A DNA stretch of 61,586 nucleotides, the filler included. It is 7 parts of 7 records of this genome, joined end to end, with 100 filler letters (N's around TTAATTAATTAA, not from the genome) between each part and the next. Parts side by side here need not be neighbours in the genome. Positions count along the whole stretch, not along the records: positions 40,468 to 47,717 come from SRR31156797_17351; positions 47,818 to 54,678 come from SRR31156797_17363; 5 more parts are not named here. The stretch is one strand, 5' to 3'. The translations under genes were made by a program, and so were the position numbers. Shown piece by piece: positions 40,881 to 50,653 of the stretch. The notes under the pieces are model-generated. The model was not told where the DNA came from and did not search any database. It saw only the letters and a program-made list of their open reading frames with translations. Each line of letters starts with the position of its first letter. Within the stretch, counting starts at the first letter, position 1.

Positions 40881-42377
40881 ATGAGAGAAGAAATTTTATT
40901 AAAAAAATACTTAGAAAAAAGTTACGGAGTTGAATTTCAAATTGATTTTACAAAAAATGATGATGGAAATAAAGTCTGCTTTCTTGAGGAAATAAAAAGT
41001 ATTTCTAATAATATTTATTTAAACGAAGAGCTTAAGCTGATTTTAAAACAGTATTTAGATGGATTAATACTTAAAAAAAATATGCAGAGTAGAGATTTCG
41101 AAAACATTGTAGAAGATATGTTTATCAAGGATATTTTTGAAATAAATAACAAAAATTTGAACTCTTATAACAAATGTTATGAATTCTTAAGAGATTTAGA
41201 AGAATTATCTCAAAAAACATATGAGCAAACTGCACTTGAACTGGGAATAATCATACTAAAAAGTGATATAGATGAGCAATATGTTATAGAAAATTTCAAA
41301 AAATTTGGTTATGACTATATCAGAACCAGCAAACTTGTTAAATTTAAAGATGCATTTATTGAAGAAAAACCCTTGTTTAAAATAATTAATAATAAATCCA
41401 CAGCAATTATTTTGAATAATAATTTTGAAGTTATCGGATTTTTGAGAAAAGATCAGGATAGTCATGATATAGAGACCAATATAATGAATTATTTTTATGA
41501 AAGAAATGAAAAAATCCTTCGGATAAATACCAGACAATATTATATCAAGCTATTAACTGAAACACATGAAGGAAATTTAGCTCTATTTTATAAAGCTGTT
41601 CTTTATAAAGAAAAATTGCAAAAAGAAGTTCGGCAATTTCAACAACAAGCATATGTTAAAATATTCAATTCATTTATTCATACTGAAATGGATAAAATTA
41701 AAATGCTACCCGGCCAATTAAACTATATCGTTCTCAAAAAGAATGAAATTGAATTTATCAATAAATATAATTATTCAATTATATTAAAAAATAGAAATTG
41801 GAAAATCAAACATTATTCTATTTTAACAGCATTTTTATATGAATATTTATATATTAAAGACAGACATCTCTCTTTTGACATTACAAATGAAAACTTCGCG
41901 AAGGAGATTTTACTTATTAACAGAGTCTCAAAATTAGTCAGAGTCATACGTGAAATGTCAGAGAGAAATATCGGTGGTTTATTTATTATTCTTAAAACTG
42001 ATAAAAAAATGGGATATACATCTCAAAATTCAATATATACAAATTACCCGGAATTAGTAAAAAGAGATAAATCTAATCTTTTTTACAAATATTTTATCAA
42101 AGATAAGTTATCCGGAAAAAACCTGAATATTGATGAACTTGACCTGTCTTTAATAAAAAATATTGCAGAAATTGACGGAGCCACTGTACTTGACAGAAAA
42201 CTAACAATACTCTCATTTGGTGAGATTATAAAAAGTAATCCAAAGAATAAGGGGATTAATTTTGGTGCAAGAACTGCTGCTGCTATTAATTCATCATTTT
42301 CCGGATTAGCAATTAAAATCTCAGAGGATGGCGATATTGAGATTTATGATAATGGTAAAAATATATTTAAAGGATAA
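40881..42377 (+). CDS. Divergent DAC/DisA_N-domain protein with large uncharacterised N-terminal region
   Basis: C-terminal GGLFII, AEIDGATVLD....ILSFGEII, GARTAAA and IKISEDG.I motifs; SD spacing favours ATG 40881. Confidence 0.75.
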   Translation: MREEILLKKYLEKSYGVEFQIDFTKNDDGNKVCFLEEIKSISNNIYLNEELKLILKQYLDGLILKKNMQSRDFENIVEDMFIKDIFEINNKNLNSYNKCYEFLRDLEELSQKTYEQTALELGIIILKSDIDEQYVIENFKKFGYDYIRTSKLVKFKDAFIEEKPLFKIINNKSTAIILNNNFEVIGFLRKDQDSHDIETNIMNYFYERNEKILRINTRQYYIKLLTETHEGNLALFYKAVLYKEKLQKEVRQFQQQAYVKIFNSFIHTEMDKIKMLPGQLNYIVLKKNEIEFINKYNYSIILKNRNWKIKHYSILTAFLYEYLYIKDRHLSFDITNENFAKEILLINRVSKLVRVIREMSERNIGGLFIILKTDKKMGYTSQNSIYTNYPELVKRDKSNLFYKYFIKDKLSGKNLNIDELDLSLIKNIAEIDGATVLDRKLTILSFGEIIKSNPKNKGINFGARTAAAINSSFSGLAIKISEDGDIEIYDNGKNIFKG

Positions 42378-42410
42378 AAATTTTCAAATTTGAGTGAAAT
42401 GAGGTTTATT

Positions 42411-43148
42411 ATGAAAAAACAAAATTTTTATGAGAGCATTTCAAGGTATTATGACTATATCTTCCCATATAATTATAAGCATTTTGATTTTATCAATAAA
42501 GTATTAGATAACAATACGGCTGATAAAAAGATTTTAGATATTGGATGTGGTACGGGAAGTTTATCTATTGAATTATCCAAAATCTTTAATAAGGTTATCG
42601 GAATAGATCTGGATAACAAAATGCTTAATAGAGCAAAAGATAAAATAAAATTATTAAAAAACAAACCTGAATTTTATAATCTGAATATGCTTGATATTTC
42701 AAAACAATTTGATGAAAATAGTTTCGATACCATCTGTTGTTTTGGAAATACACTTGTTCATCTGGAAAATTTGGATAACATTAATAGTTTTTTGGAATCA
42801 TGCACTTATTTACTGAAACCAAAATCTAAACTTTTAATTCAAATTATTAATTATGATAGAATTTTAGATCAAAAAATAAATGCTTTAAAAACTATTGAGA
42901 ATAATAAGATTAAATTTGAAAGAATATATGAAAAGGAAAGTAAGATTATCAACTTTATAACTAAATTAACAGTTAAAGAGAAAAATATCTATGTTGATAA
43001 CAGCATTCCTTTATTTCCAATCTTAAAAAAGGATATTCATAAATTATTAATAAATAACGGCTTTGAAGACATCAAATTTTACGGTAGTTTTGATTTAGAT
43101 GATTATAGTGAAAATAGCGTACCACTAATAATCGAAGCTACTATCTAA
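42411..43148 (+). CDS. Class I SAM-dependent methyltransferase
   Basis: ILDIGCGTG, GIDLD..M and FDTICCFGNTLVHL motifs. Confidence 0.9.
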   Translation: MKKQNFYESISRYYDYIFPYNYKHFDFINKVLDNNTADKKILDIGCGTGSLSIELSKIFNKVIGIDLDNKMLNRAKDKIKLLKNKPEFYNLNMLDISKQFDENSFDTICCFGNTLVHLENLDNINSFLESCTYLLKPKSKLLIQIINYDRILDQKINALKTIENNKIKFERIYEKESKIINFITKLTVKEKNIYVDNSIPLFPILKKDIHKLLINNGFEDIKFYGSFDLDDYSENSVPLIIEATI

Positions 43149-43178
43149 AACTTAAAAGTTTATATTTCTTAAATAATC

Positions 43179-43220
43179 AAAAAGAAGCAATTTATAGTAA
43201 ATTATAAATCGCTTCTTTTT
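43179..43220. terminator. Bidirectional terminator
   Basis: AAAAAGAAGCAATTTATA...TATAAATCGCTTCTTTTT between convergent genes. Confidence 0.75.
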
Positions 43221-43229
43221 ATTTATACT

Positions 43230-44186
43230 CTATTTTATTACGTTTTCTTCTCTTCCTTCTGTAAATGCAGCTACATTGTTAATAGCAACATTTAAAAGTC
43301 TCTGACGAGCTTCTATTGGCGCCCATGCAATATGAGGAGTTATCGTACAATTTTTAGCTCTCATAAGAGGATTATCAGATGATGCAGGCTCTTTTGCAAG
43401 TACATCTAGTGCAGCACCGGCAATCTTACCACTGTTAAGCGCATCAGCCAGGTCTTGCTCAACAATCAATTGTCCTCTGGAAGTATTAACTAATAAAACT
43501 CCGTCTTTCATTTTAGCAATACTCTCTTTATTGATCATACCTTCTGTTGATTCAAATAACGGAGTATGTAAACTAATCACATCTGATTCTCTATATAATT
43601 CGTCTAATTCAACAAATCTAAGTGTTTCTGTTTCAAGTTCTTTTTTCGGGAAAGCATCATAAGCCAGTACTTTCATTCCGAAAGCCTGAGCCATTTTAGC
43701 AAAAGCTTGTCCAATCCTTCCCATTCCAACAACACCAATAGTTTTATTATCAAGTTCTAAAAGTGGGTGTTTCCAGAAGCAAAAATCCTTGCAATTCTCC
43801 CATTCGCCATTTTTAACAGCTTTATCATGATCTCCAATGTGATGACACAATTCAAGAAGTAATGCCATCGAGAATTGAGCAACTGAATTCACTCCATATG
43901 CAGGAATATTTGTCACAGTAATCCCAAGCTCTTTTGCAGCTTTTACATCAACAACATTATAACCTGTAGCTAAAACACCTATATATTTTAACTTTATTAA
44001 ATTTTCTATCGTTTCTCTGTTAAGCGGCGTTTTGTTTACTAAAATAACCTCGGCACCTTTTGCTCTTTCAAGTATCAATTCATCCGGAGTTCTGTCGTAT
44101 ACAGTTACCTCTCCAAATTTTTCAAGTTCTTTCCAGCTCAAATCCCCGGGATTTAATGCATACCCATCCATAATAACAATTTTCAT
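43230..44186 (-). CDS. D-2-hydroxyacid dehydrogenase (glycerate dehydrogenase/HprA-like)
   Basis: LNPGDLSW, ATGYNVVD, GxGxIG, NTSRG, DVL..EP and TPHIAW motifs. Confidence 0.9.
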   Translation of the reverse strand: MKIVIMDGYALNPGDLSWKELEKFGEVTVYDRTPDELILERAKGAEVILVNKTPLNRETIENLIKLKYIGVLATGYNVVDVKAAKELGITVTNIPAYGVNSVAQFSMALLLELCHHIGDHDKAVKNGEWENCKDFCFWKHPLLELDNKTIGVVGMGRIGQAFAKMAQAFGMKVLAYDAFPKKELETETLRFVELDELYRESDVISLHTPLFESTEGMINKESIAKMKDGVLLVNTSRGQLIVEQDLADALNSGKIAGAALDVLAKEPASSDNPLMRAKNCTITPHIAWAPIEARQRLLNVAINNVAAFTEGREENVIK

Positions 44187-44190
44187 ACTA

Positions 44191-44275
44191 TCCCTCCTAT
44201 ATATTTTTTAATTCAAAAAAGTTGCAATTTTGAATTGGTCTAAAAAATATCCTATATTTTTTTTAATTCAAAAAA
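44191..44275. repeat. Palindromic dispersed repeat, copy 1 (plus a partial tandem copy) abutting an SD
   Basis: ATATTTTTTAATTCAAAA...TTTTGAATTGGTCTAAAAAATAT; related to 47656-47717. Confidence 0.7.
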
Positions 44276-44310
44276 TAAATTAAATAATTTTATCATTGAA
44301 AAACCTGCAC

Positions 44311-44751
44311 TTAATATGCAGGCTTTTCAATTTCCTCTATATTTTTCAAAATTCCATTTTCAAAGTATAATATTTGATCCTCGTATATCCATTCCTCTTT
44401 AACTCCAAAGTCAGTAATTTCTCTGATTTTGTTATCAGTTCCACCAATACTCGCTACTACATCTTCCTTGTACATACCTATCTGAAGTTCACCATGCATA
44501 ATCAAGTCTTGGATTCTGGGATCAAGGTGAGGAGACTCTCTCAGATACTCTCTTCGCCTTATCTCATGCCAACTGACATTTCTATATGAAGCCTTAATAA
44601 ATGCTTCTATATCCTCAAATACAGGAACAGGCTGTGTATCTATAGAGTTTTCCTCTCGTCTATCCTGCATAGATCTTTTTATTCTTCTGACATTTGAACA
44701 TGATGTAAATAACATCAAAGTAATTAAAAGAAATATAACTTTTTTATTCAT
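44311..44751 (-). CDS. Lipoprotein with SmpA/BamE-like C-terminal motif
   Basis: Lipobox FTSC; IGM.KEDV.AS.G...EEWIY.....YFENG.L. Confidence 0.65.
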   Translation of the reverse strand: MNKKVIFLLITLMLFTSCSNVRRIKRSMQDRREENSIDTQPVPVFEDIEAFIKASYRNVSWHEIRRREYLRESPHLDPRIQDLIMHGELQIGMYKEDVVASIGGTDNKIREITDFGVKEEWIYEDQILYFENGILKNIEEIEKPAY

Positions 44752-44788
44752 AATTAAAGACTCCTTCTCTTTAGCAAGGTTTTATTTT

Positions 44789-46303
44789 TTATCTTTTTAT
44801 TTGAGTCGAAATTTGGTCAATTAATTTATATTTTAAGTTATATAGATTTTCAGATAAATCAACTTTATACTTATGAGGTTTCGTTAGTCTTTTTCTCTCT
44901 TTTGAAAGTTTACTTAAGTTATTCAAATAGTATTCTCTACAATATTCGACATCACTTAATTTTTTTGCTTCTTCCAAAATTTGACCAGCTTCAACAAATT
45001 GCCGAGTTAATTTTCTAGCTGTATAAGTTCCCTTAGCAAAAGTTGTTTCTTTATATCTGTTTTTTTCGTCTCTAATAGTTATTTCGTCACAATTAAGCAG
45101 TTTCTTGACATCTTCATCATTTTTTCTTAAAGTTATTAAGTCTGCTTTTGCTTCATTTTCCTCATATATTCTATATACCTCTTTTGAACCTGGATTCGTT
45201 ATTTTAATTATATCTTCAGAAAGTTTAATAACTGCTTCTTGTTCGACTTCAACAATCTTATAAACTCCTCCAAAACAAGGATTAGATTTACTAACAGCTA
45301 TCGCATCTCCTACTCCAAAGAAATCTACGGAAGTTTCTTGTTCTCTTAAACTCTTTATCAAATTTTCATCAAGTGCATTTGTTAAAGTAATTTTAGCTTT
45401 TTTTAAATCGGCATCATCTAATAATTTCCTGCATTTTTTTGATAAATAAGCCAAATCACCTGAATCTATTCTTATTCCGTATAATCCGTTATAAGAGTCA
45501 TTTATATCATTTTCTTTAAATGCTTCAATTGCATTTTTTATTCCAATTTCAAGAGTATTGTATGTATCAACCAAAAAAATAACTGTATTATTTTTTCTGT
45601 TTTTTCTTAATTTAGCAAAAGCGTCAAAAGCTCTTTTCTCAGCTTCTTTACCTACTCCGAAGCTTTGAATATACGAATGAGACATTGTCCCTATACTCTT
45701 GATTCCAAATTTATACTCCGCAATTAAATTCGAATGACTTGAGCAACCACCAATATAAGCAGCTTTACTTCCAAGTACCGCACTATCAAATCCATGTGCT
45801 CTTCTACTTCCAAAAGAAGACACAGGAATATGTTTTGCAGCTCTGGTTACACGTGATGCTTTGGTAGCAACAGCCATTTGATGATTTAATATATTTAAAA
45901 TAGGAGTTTCCAAAATTTTCGCTTGAACTAAAGGTGCTTTAATTGTTACTACCGGTTCAAACGGATACACAATTTCACCATCACACATTGCTGAAATATC
46001 TCCAGTGAATTTTAAATCAACTAAATATTCCAAAAGTTCCTCTTCATCAATAATTTTAGAAAAATACTCTCTTTTTTCTTCCGAAGAAGTTTTATTTAAA
46101 ATATCTACTAACTCTATAACCTCATTTATTCCTGAAACAACAGCAAAACCACCATCTTCTGTTTTTCTAAAAAAAACATCAAATACAGCAATTTTATCTT
46201 GCATATTTTCATTTAAAAAGACATCACTCTCAGTGTATTGATATCTGTCGGAATTAATTACTCTGGCAAATTCTGTTAGTGTTCTTTTTTTATCCATAAA
46301 CAA
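44789..46303 (-). CDS. pncB: Nicotinate phosphoribosyltransferase
   Basis: FGSRRAH, GTMSHS, LVDTY, IRIDSGDL and GGVYKI motifs. Confidence 0.92.
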   Translation of the reverse strand: MFMDKKRTLTEFARVINSDRYQYTESDVFLNENMQDKIAVFDVFFRKTEDGGFAVVSGINEVIELVDILNKTSSEEKREYFSKIIDEEELLEYLVDLKFTGDISAMCDGEIVYPFEPVVTIKAPLVQAKILETPILNILNHQMAVATKASRVTRAAKHIPVSSFGSRRAHGFDSAVLGSKAAYIGGCSSHSNLIAEYKFGIKSIGTMSHSYIQSFGVGKEAEKRAFDAFAKLRKNRKNNTVIFLVDTYNTLEIGIKNAIEAFKENDINDSYNGLYGIRIDSGDLAYLSKKCRKLLDDADLKKAKITLTNALDENLIKSLREQETSVDFFGVGDAIAVSKSNPCFGGVYKIVEVEQEAVIKLSEDIIKITNPGSKEVYRIYEENEAKADLITLRKNDEDVKKLLNCDEITIRDEKNRYKETTFAKGTYTARKLTRQFVEAGQILEEAKKLSDVEYCREYYLNNLSKLSKERKRLTKPHKYKVDLSENLYNLKYKLIDQISTQIKR

Positions 46304-46490
46304 ACCTCAATTCTAAGTTAATTTATATCATTATATCATTAAAAAGTTGAGATAACAACGTTTGAAATAAAACATTAGTTAAAATTATTTTTATGGAGCT
46401 TAAGTCAACTTAAATTTTAATATTTTTGACATTATAGATTCTTATTTATGATATAATAATTTAACAAGATATTTAAACATGGAGGAGATT

Positions 46491-46928
46491 ATGAGAGCGG
46501 TAGTACAAAGAGTAAAACACACCAGTGTTACAGTTGATGATAAAATTGTCGGAAAAATTGACAAGGGGTTAATGATTCTTTTAGGTATCACTCATTCTGA
46601 TAGTGAAAAAGAGCTTGACTGGATGGTTAATAAAATCCTAAAACTTAGAATTTTTACTGATGAAGAGGGTAAGATGAACAAATCATTATTAGATATAAAT
46701 GGAGAAATTTTGGTTATTTCTCAATTTACTCTTTATGGCGATTGTAGAAAAGGTTTGAGGCCTGGCTTTAGTGATGCAGCAAAACCAGATCACGCTATTC
46801 CTCTTTACGAGAAATTTATCGAAAAATCAAAAGAGTTTGATATAAAAGTGGAAACAGGAATTTTTGGTGCAGATATGAAAGTAGAATTATTAAACGACGG
46901 TCCTGTTACAATGATAGTTGAAAAATAA
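46491..46928 (+). CDS. dtd: D-aminoacyl-tRNA deacylase
   Basis: [35 protein letters not shown] before ATG 46491. Confidence 0.95.
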   Translation: MRAVVQRVKHTSVTVDDKIVGKIDKGLMILLGITHSDSEKELDWMVNKILKLRIFTDEEGKMNKSLLDINGEILVISQFTLYGDCRKGLRPGFSDAAKPDHAIPLYEKFIEKSKEFDIKVETGIFGADMKVELLNDGPVTMIVEK

Positions 46929-46950
46929 TTTTTGAAATAATAAATTATAA

Positions 46951-46971
46951 AAGCTCCCGATTTGGGAGCTT
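46951..46971. terminator. Terminator hairpin between convergent genes
   Basis: AAGCTCCC-GATTT-GGGAGCTT. Confidence 0.65.
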
Positions 46972-46981
46972 AAATTTTATA

Positions 46982-47653
46982 TTAGTTTTTTAGTAGATAA
47001 CCTACTCCTCTAATACTTTCTATGCTTTCATCAAAAATTGATGATTTATTTTTCAATTTTTTAACAAATGAATCTACTGATTTATTCCCTTTAAAATATG
47101 GTTGTTGCCAAACTTCCCTCATTAATTTTTCTCTAGATAAAATTATTCCCTTATTAATTACAAAGAAAAGTAATAATTCAAACTCTTTTTTTGAAAGATC
47201 AAGATTTTGTCCATCCTCAATTACAGTATGCATCTCTTCATCAATAATTATCTCTTTATATCTGTATTTTTTACCAAAAGGTGCATTTTTTCTTCTAAGT
47301 AAAGCCTTTACTCTTAATAGAAGCTCTTTTTCCGCAAATGGTTTTTTTAAATAATCATCTGCTCCGATTTCAAAACCTTGAGTAATATTATCTATCTCTG
47401 TTTTTGAAGTCAACATAAGCACTAATGGCGTTCCAAATTTTTCAGGATGTTTTCTAATATTTGAACATACAAAATATCCGTCATTATCCGGCATCTCAAT
47501 ATCAAGAATAATTAAATCAGGTAGGTCTTTTGCTGTAACTTGTAAAGCTTCAAAAGCAGATTTTGCTTCAAAAAGCTCATAGCCTTCATCTTTAAGAAGT
47601 TCCTTAATGACAGTTCTGATATATCTGTCATCATCAACTATTAATATTTTCAT
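46982..47653 (-). CDS. OmpR/PhoB-family response regulator
   Basis: IVDDD, ILDIEMP, GADDYL.KPF and winged helix ending RGVGY. Confidence 0.92.
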   Translation of the reverse strand: MKILIVDDDRYIRTVIKELLKDEGYELFEAKSAFEALQVTAKDLPDLIILDIEMPDNDGYFVCSNIRKHPEKFGTPLVLMLTSKTEIDNITQGFEIGADDYLKKPFAEKELLLRVKALLRRKNAPFGKKYRYKEIIIDEEMHTVIEDGQNLDLSKKEFELLLFFVINKGIILSREKLMREVWQQPYFKGNKSVDSFVKKLKNKSSIFDESIESIRGVGYLLKN

Positions 47654-47655
47654 AT

Positions 47656-47717
47656 TCCCTCCTATAATATTTTTTTAAGTCAAAAGAGTTCAATTTGACT
47701 TTGTCCTAAAAAATATT
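47656..47717. repeat. Palindromic dispersed repeat, copy 2, abutting an SD at the contig end
   Basis: ATATTTTTTTAAGTCAAAA...TTTGACTTTGTCCTAAAAAATAT; related to 44191-44250. Confidence 0.7.
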
Positions 47718-47817
47718 NNNNNNNNNNNNNNNNNNNNNNNNNNNNNNNNNNNNNNNNNNNNTTAATTAATTAANNNNNNNNNNNNNNNNNNNNNNNNNNN
47801 NNNNNNNNNNNNNNNNN
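47718..47817. other. Artificial contig-joining spacer
   Basis: N-run/TTAATTAATTAA/N-run. Confidence 0.99.
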
Positions 47818-47818
47818 G

Positions 47819-47838
47819 GGACGTATTGATATACGTCC
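47819..47838. repeat. REP-like hairpin at the contig start
   Basis: GGACGTAT-TGAT-ATACGTCC perfect 8-bp stem. Confidence 0.45.
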
Positions 47839-47859
47839 TAATATTTCATGTGGTTATTT

Positions 47860-48297
47860 TTATATTTTATTTAATTTACGCCACAGTTTAAATCTTTTAT
47901 CTAGCATAATTTTTATTTTTTCATAATTTTCCCAATTATCCTCCACAGTGTAGATCAGTTCGTATTCCCAAAACTGTGTAGAATAATCCATTAAATAACT
48001 AAAAACTTTATCATCACTTGCATAATATTCCTTTACGAATTGATTTCCAACATCGTCAAAATCCTCATCTGTTAGTTTACCATCACAATTCCACATGAAT
48101 ATATCTGCAGGACTCTTTTTTTTAGTTCTAAACTGCTCCAGCATCTCCTGATTCTCTTCAGTATGAAACTCTCCGATAATTCCGGCTTCAATAGCCCATC
48201 CGAAAAAAAATCCAATATGGACTGCTCCCTGTTTCTCATCTAAATCTTCCGAAAACGCCTCTCCACCATAATGCCATGAAGCATCATCATATTTCAT
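47860..48297 (-). CDS. Hypothetical protein, putative polymorphic-toxin immunity family
   Basis: YDDASWHYGG, HIG.F..W....G, CDGKL..ED....GN.F...YY and Y..DY motifs; SD GGAGG. Confidence 0.6.
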   Translation of the reverse strand: MKYDDASWHYGGEAFSEDLDEKQGAVHIGFFFGWAIEAGIIGEFHTEENQEMLEQFRTKKKSPADIFMWNCDGKLTDEDFDDVGNQFVKEYYASDDKVFSYLMDYSTQFWEYELIYTVEDNWENYEKIKIMLDKRFKLWRKLNKI

Positions 48298-48314
48298 CTA
48301 TCTGGCCTCCTAAA

Positions 48315-48806
48315 CTAATTTACTATTATTTTCCCCTCTATAGTTTCTTCAGGAAAAACAACTCTATTTATACACAAAAATAAAGTATTGTTACCATTTT
48401 TAATTTTGAACATCCCCATAGCATACGCGTGCTCAATAGCCAAACAAGTTGTTTCATATGCTATAAATTCCGTACAGTGAAAAATTTTGTCCACAAATAT
48501 ACTAAAACGAGTTCTATAGTATAACTCTCTAAATACCCTTGATTTTTCTCTCATTTCATAATCGATAGAAGTATTTCCCCAGGCCCAAAGCCACATATCG
48601 TCAAGACTATTCCAGCTCCCTATACACGTAACTTCAAATTCTAACTCTACCCGTCCACTTTTTTTAAACTGTAGTTTCTGTTTTTCATCATCATAGATAT
48701 AATCAGCATAGTCATGAATTCTATACTTTTCATACAGCTTGATCTGCTTTTCCTCTGCTTTTTTAATCGCATTATCAAGGAAATCTTCAAACTCTTTTTG
48801 TTTCAT
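48315..48806 (-). CDS. DUF6882-like protein, putative immunity protein
   Basis: IGSW......WLWAW.N.S motif. Confidence 0.6.
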   Translation of the reverse strand: MKQKEFEDFLDNAIKKAEEKQIKLYEKYRIHDYADYIYDDEKQKLQFKKSGRVELEFEVTCIGSWNSLDDMWLWAWGNTSIDYEMREKSRVFRELYYRTRFSIFVDKIFHCTEFIAYETTCLAIEHAYAMGMFKIKNGNNTLFLCINRVVFPEETIEGKIIVN

Positions 48807-48865
48807 TTATTAGCCCCGCTTTTTCAAATTAGATTTTTATCCCCTATACTCCCTTTATAATCCAA

Positions 48866-49399
48866 TTATTTATTATAATATTCCTTTGAAAATACAGAAA
48901 CAGTATCAAAATGTGAATATTGTTTTATCTCACCTTTATAAAACGATATCAATTTCTTCTGTTCAGGATCTTTTTTGTCCAGAGTTTTCAGCTCCTCCTC
49001 TAATTCCAGAGGATTGCATTCACGCCAGAAATTAAGCTGTAAATTTTCAAAAGTATATGTATATCCTAATTCACCATACTTTGAATTTTCTAAGTAAAGT
49101 TCATCATGTTCCGTAAAAACTTCTAGAATCTCTTTATCTGTTAATTCAAAAAGATTTTTTCTTTTATACATTGCTGCCAGGTCCCCACCACTATTTATCT
49201 GTATAAAACAAACCGCTTCATTCTCTTTGTCATATTCTACTTCCATAAAATTATCAAAATAATAACTTGTTGCATCATACACTTTATCCGGTGCTCCATA
49301 CGCCTCCTCTACTTCAGCTCTGGTCATCCCCAGCTTAACTTTCCCAAATCCCTTATTTAACTTAAGTTCCATTTTTCTAGCATTGCTTTTATACGCCAT
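48866..49399 (-). CDS. Hypothetical protein, putative immunity protein
   Basis: G.G.VKLGMTR.EV...YG.P N-terminal motif; acidic and aromatic-rich; SD AAGGAG. Confidence 0.55.
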   Translation of the reverse strand: MAYKSNARKMELKLNKGFGKVKLGMTRAEVEEAYGAPDKVYDATSYYFDNFMEVEYDKENEAVCFIQINSGGDLAAMYKRKNLFELTDKEILEVFTEHDELYLENSKYGELGYTYTFENLQLNFWRECNPLELEEELKTLDKKDPEQKKLISFYKGEIKQYSHFDTVSVFSKEYYNK

Positions 49400-49652
49400 T
49401 TTTACACTCCTTTGCTTTATTTCATCGAATCATTTTTTATAACTTTAGTTATAGTTTCTTCGTTTAATCTCGACTTTCTGTATTCTAAACTTTTTACTTT
49501 AGTTCCCTATAGTATAGCAAACTCTGTTTCTCATACATAGAAAAAATTATTTTTATATTCGATATCTATAATTTTATAAGTAATAATTTATTAATAAATT
49601 TTAGGAGAAATCTAATAGCTGATATTTATGAAGAGATAAAATAAAGCAAATA

Positions 49653-49687
49653 AAAATAGGACTTGCCGATTGACAAGTCCCTATTTT
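49653..49687 (-). terminator. Terminator of the mod/moa operon
   Basis: AAAATAGGACTTG...CAAGTCCCTATTTT directly after the last gene's stop. Confidence 0.75.
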
Positions 49688-50179
49688 CTATTTCTCCGCA
49701 CAATCAGAAGTTTTACCAAGTAAAATCTCCAATCCATGTTTTATCGGTCCCATAATAAATTCTAAATTTTCTTTTACTGCCTTTGGGCTTCCCGGCAAGT
49801 TTATTATTAATGTATTTTTCCTGATACCAGCTCTGGCTCTGCTGAGCATAGCCTTAGGTGTTATTTTAAGCGAATAATATCTCATCGCTTCAGGGATTCC
49901 CGGAACTTCTCTCTCTATAACTTCTAGTGTCGCTTCAGGTGTTACATCTCTTTTAGAAAATCCAGTTCCTCCAGTAGTAAATATCAAATCTGCCTCTTCA
50001 TCATCACAAATTTTCTTAAGATTATCTACTATCATCTCATATTCATCAGGGATAAGTATTTTTTTACTTATTTCATAACCCAAATTACTTACTATCCCTT
50101 CTATAATACCAGTGCTTTTGTCTTCTCTTTCTCCTCTATAACCTTTATCACTTAGACATATAATCGCTACTCTAAACAT
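49688..50179 (-). CDS. MogA/MoaB molybdopterin adenylyltransferase
   Basis: SD...G.REDKS, TTGGTG...RDVTPEAT and NLPGSPKAV motifs. Confidence 0.9.
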   Translation of the reverse strand: MFRVAIICLSDKGYRGEREDKSTGIIEGIVSNLGYEISKKILIPDEYEMIVDNLKKICDDEEADLIFTTGGTGFSKRDVTPEATLEVIEREVPGIPEAMRYYSLKITPKAMLSRARAGIRKNTLIINLPGSPKAVKENLEFIMGPIKHGLEILLGKTSDCAEK

Positions 50180-50200
50180 ATTTTTCTCCGTTTTTATTTA

Positions 50201-50653
50201 TTATTTTATTAGCTCTATTCTATCTCCGGGTCGAACTACTCCACCAACCAGAACTTTGGTAAATATCCCCTCTTTGGGCATTACACAATCTCCTATTTGT
50301 TGCTTAATAGCGCAAGCATTATGACATTTTTTACCCAACTGACTAACTTCATGTACACTTTCACCTATTTTTATTTTCGTTCCTACAGGAATAGTGTATA
50401 GTTCTATCCCTTCAGTCGTTATATTCTCAGCAAATCTTCCATCATCAATATCAAGCCCTTTTGCTCTTAGTTTATCTGCACTTTCACTTGCTAGCAGGCT
50501 AACCTGTCTGTGCCACTCACCGGCATGTGCATCTCCCTCTATTCCATGATTAGCACGAAATATTGCTTGCTCTACAGGAGTTTTTATTACACCTTTTACT
50601 TCACTTATATTTATCGCTTTTACTTTACCACTTTTATTATTCATTACTATCAC
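50201..50653 (-). CDS. MOSC-domain protein
   Basis: GIEGDAHAG.WHRQVSLL, FAENITT, GKKCH..C and CVMPKEGIF motifs. Confidence 0.9.
   Translation of the reverse strand: MIVMNNKSGKVKAINISEVKGVIKTPVEQAIFRANHGIEGDAHAGEWHRQVSLLASESADKLRAKGLDIDDGRFAENITTEGIELYTIPVGTKIKIGESVHEVSQLGKKCHNACAIKQQIGDCVMPKEGIFTKVLVGGVVRPGDRIELIK

Noticed and set aside
4615..42377. Two DAC-like genes and a cyclic-dinucleotide riboswitch as one signalling system
   Set aside because: The second DAC gene is on a different contig from a compositionally different organism. GEMM-I riboswitches are not c-di-AMP sensors, so even the contig 1 link is unsupported.
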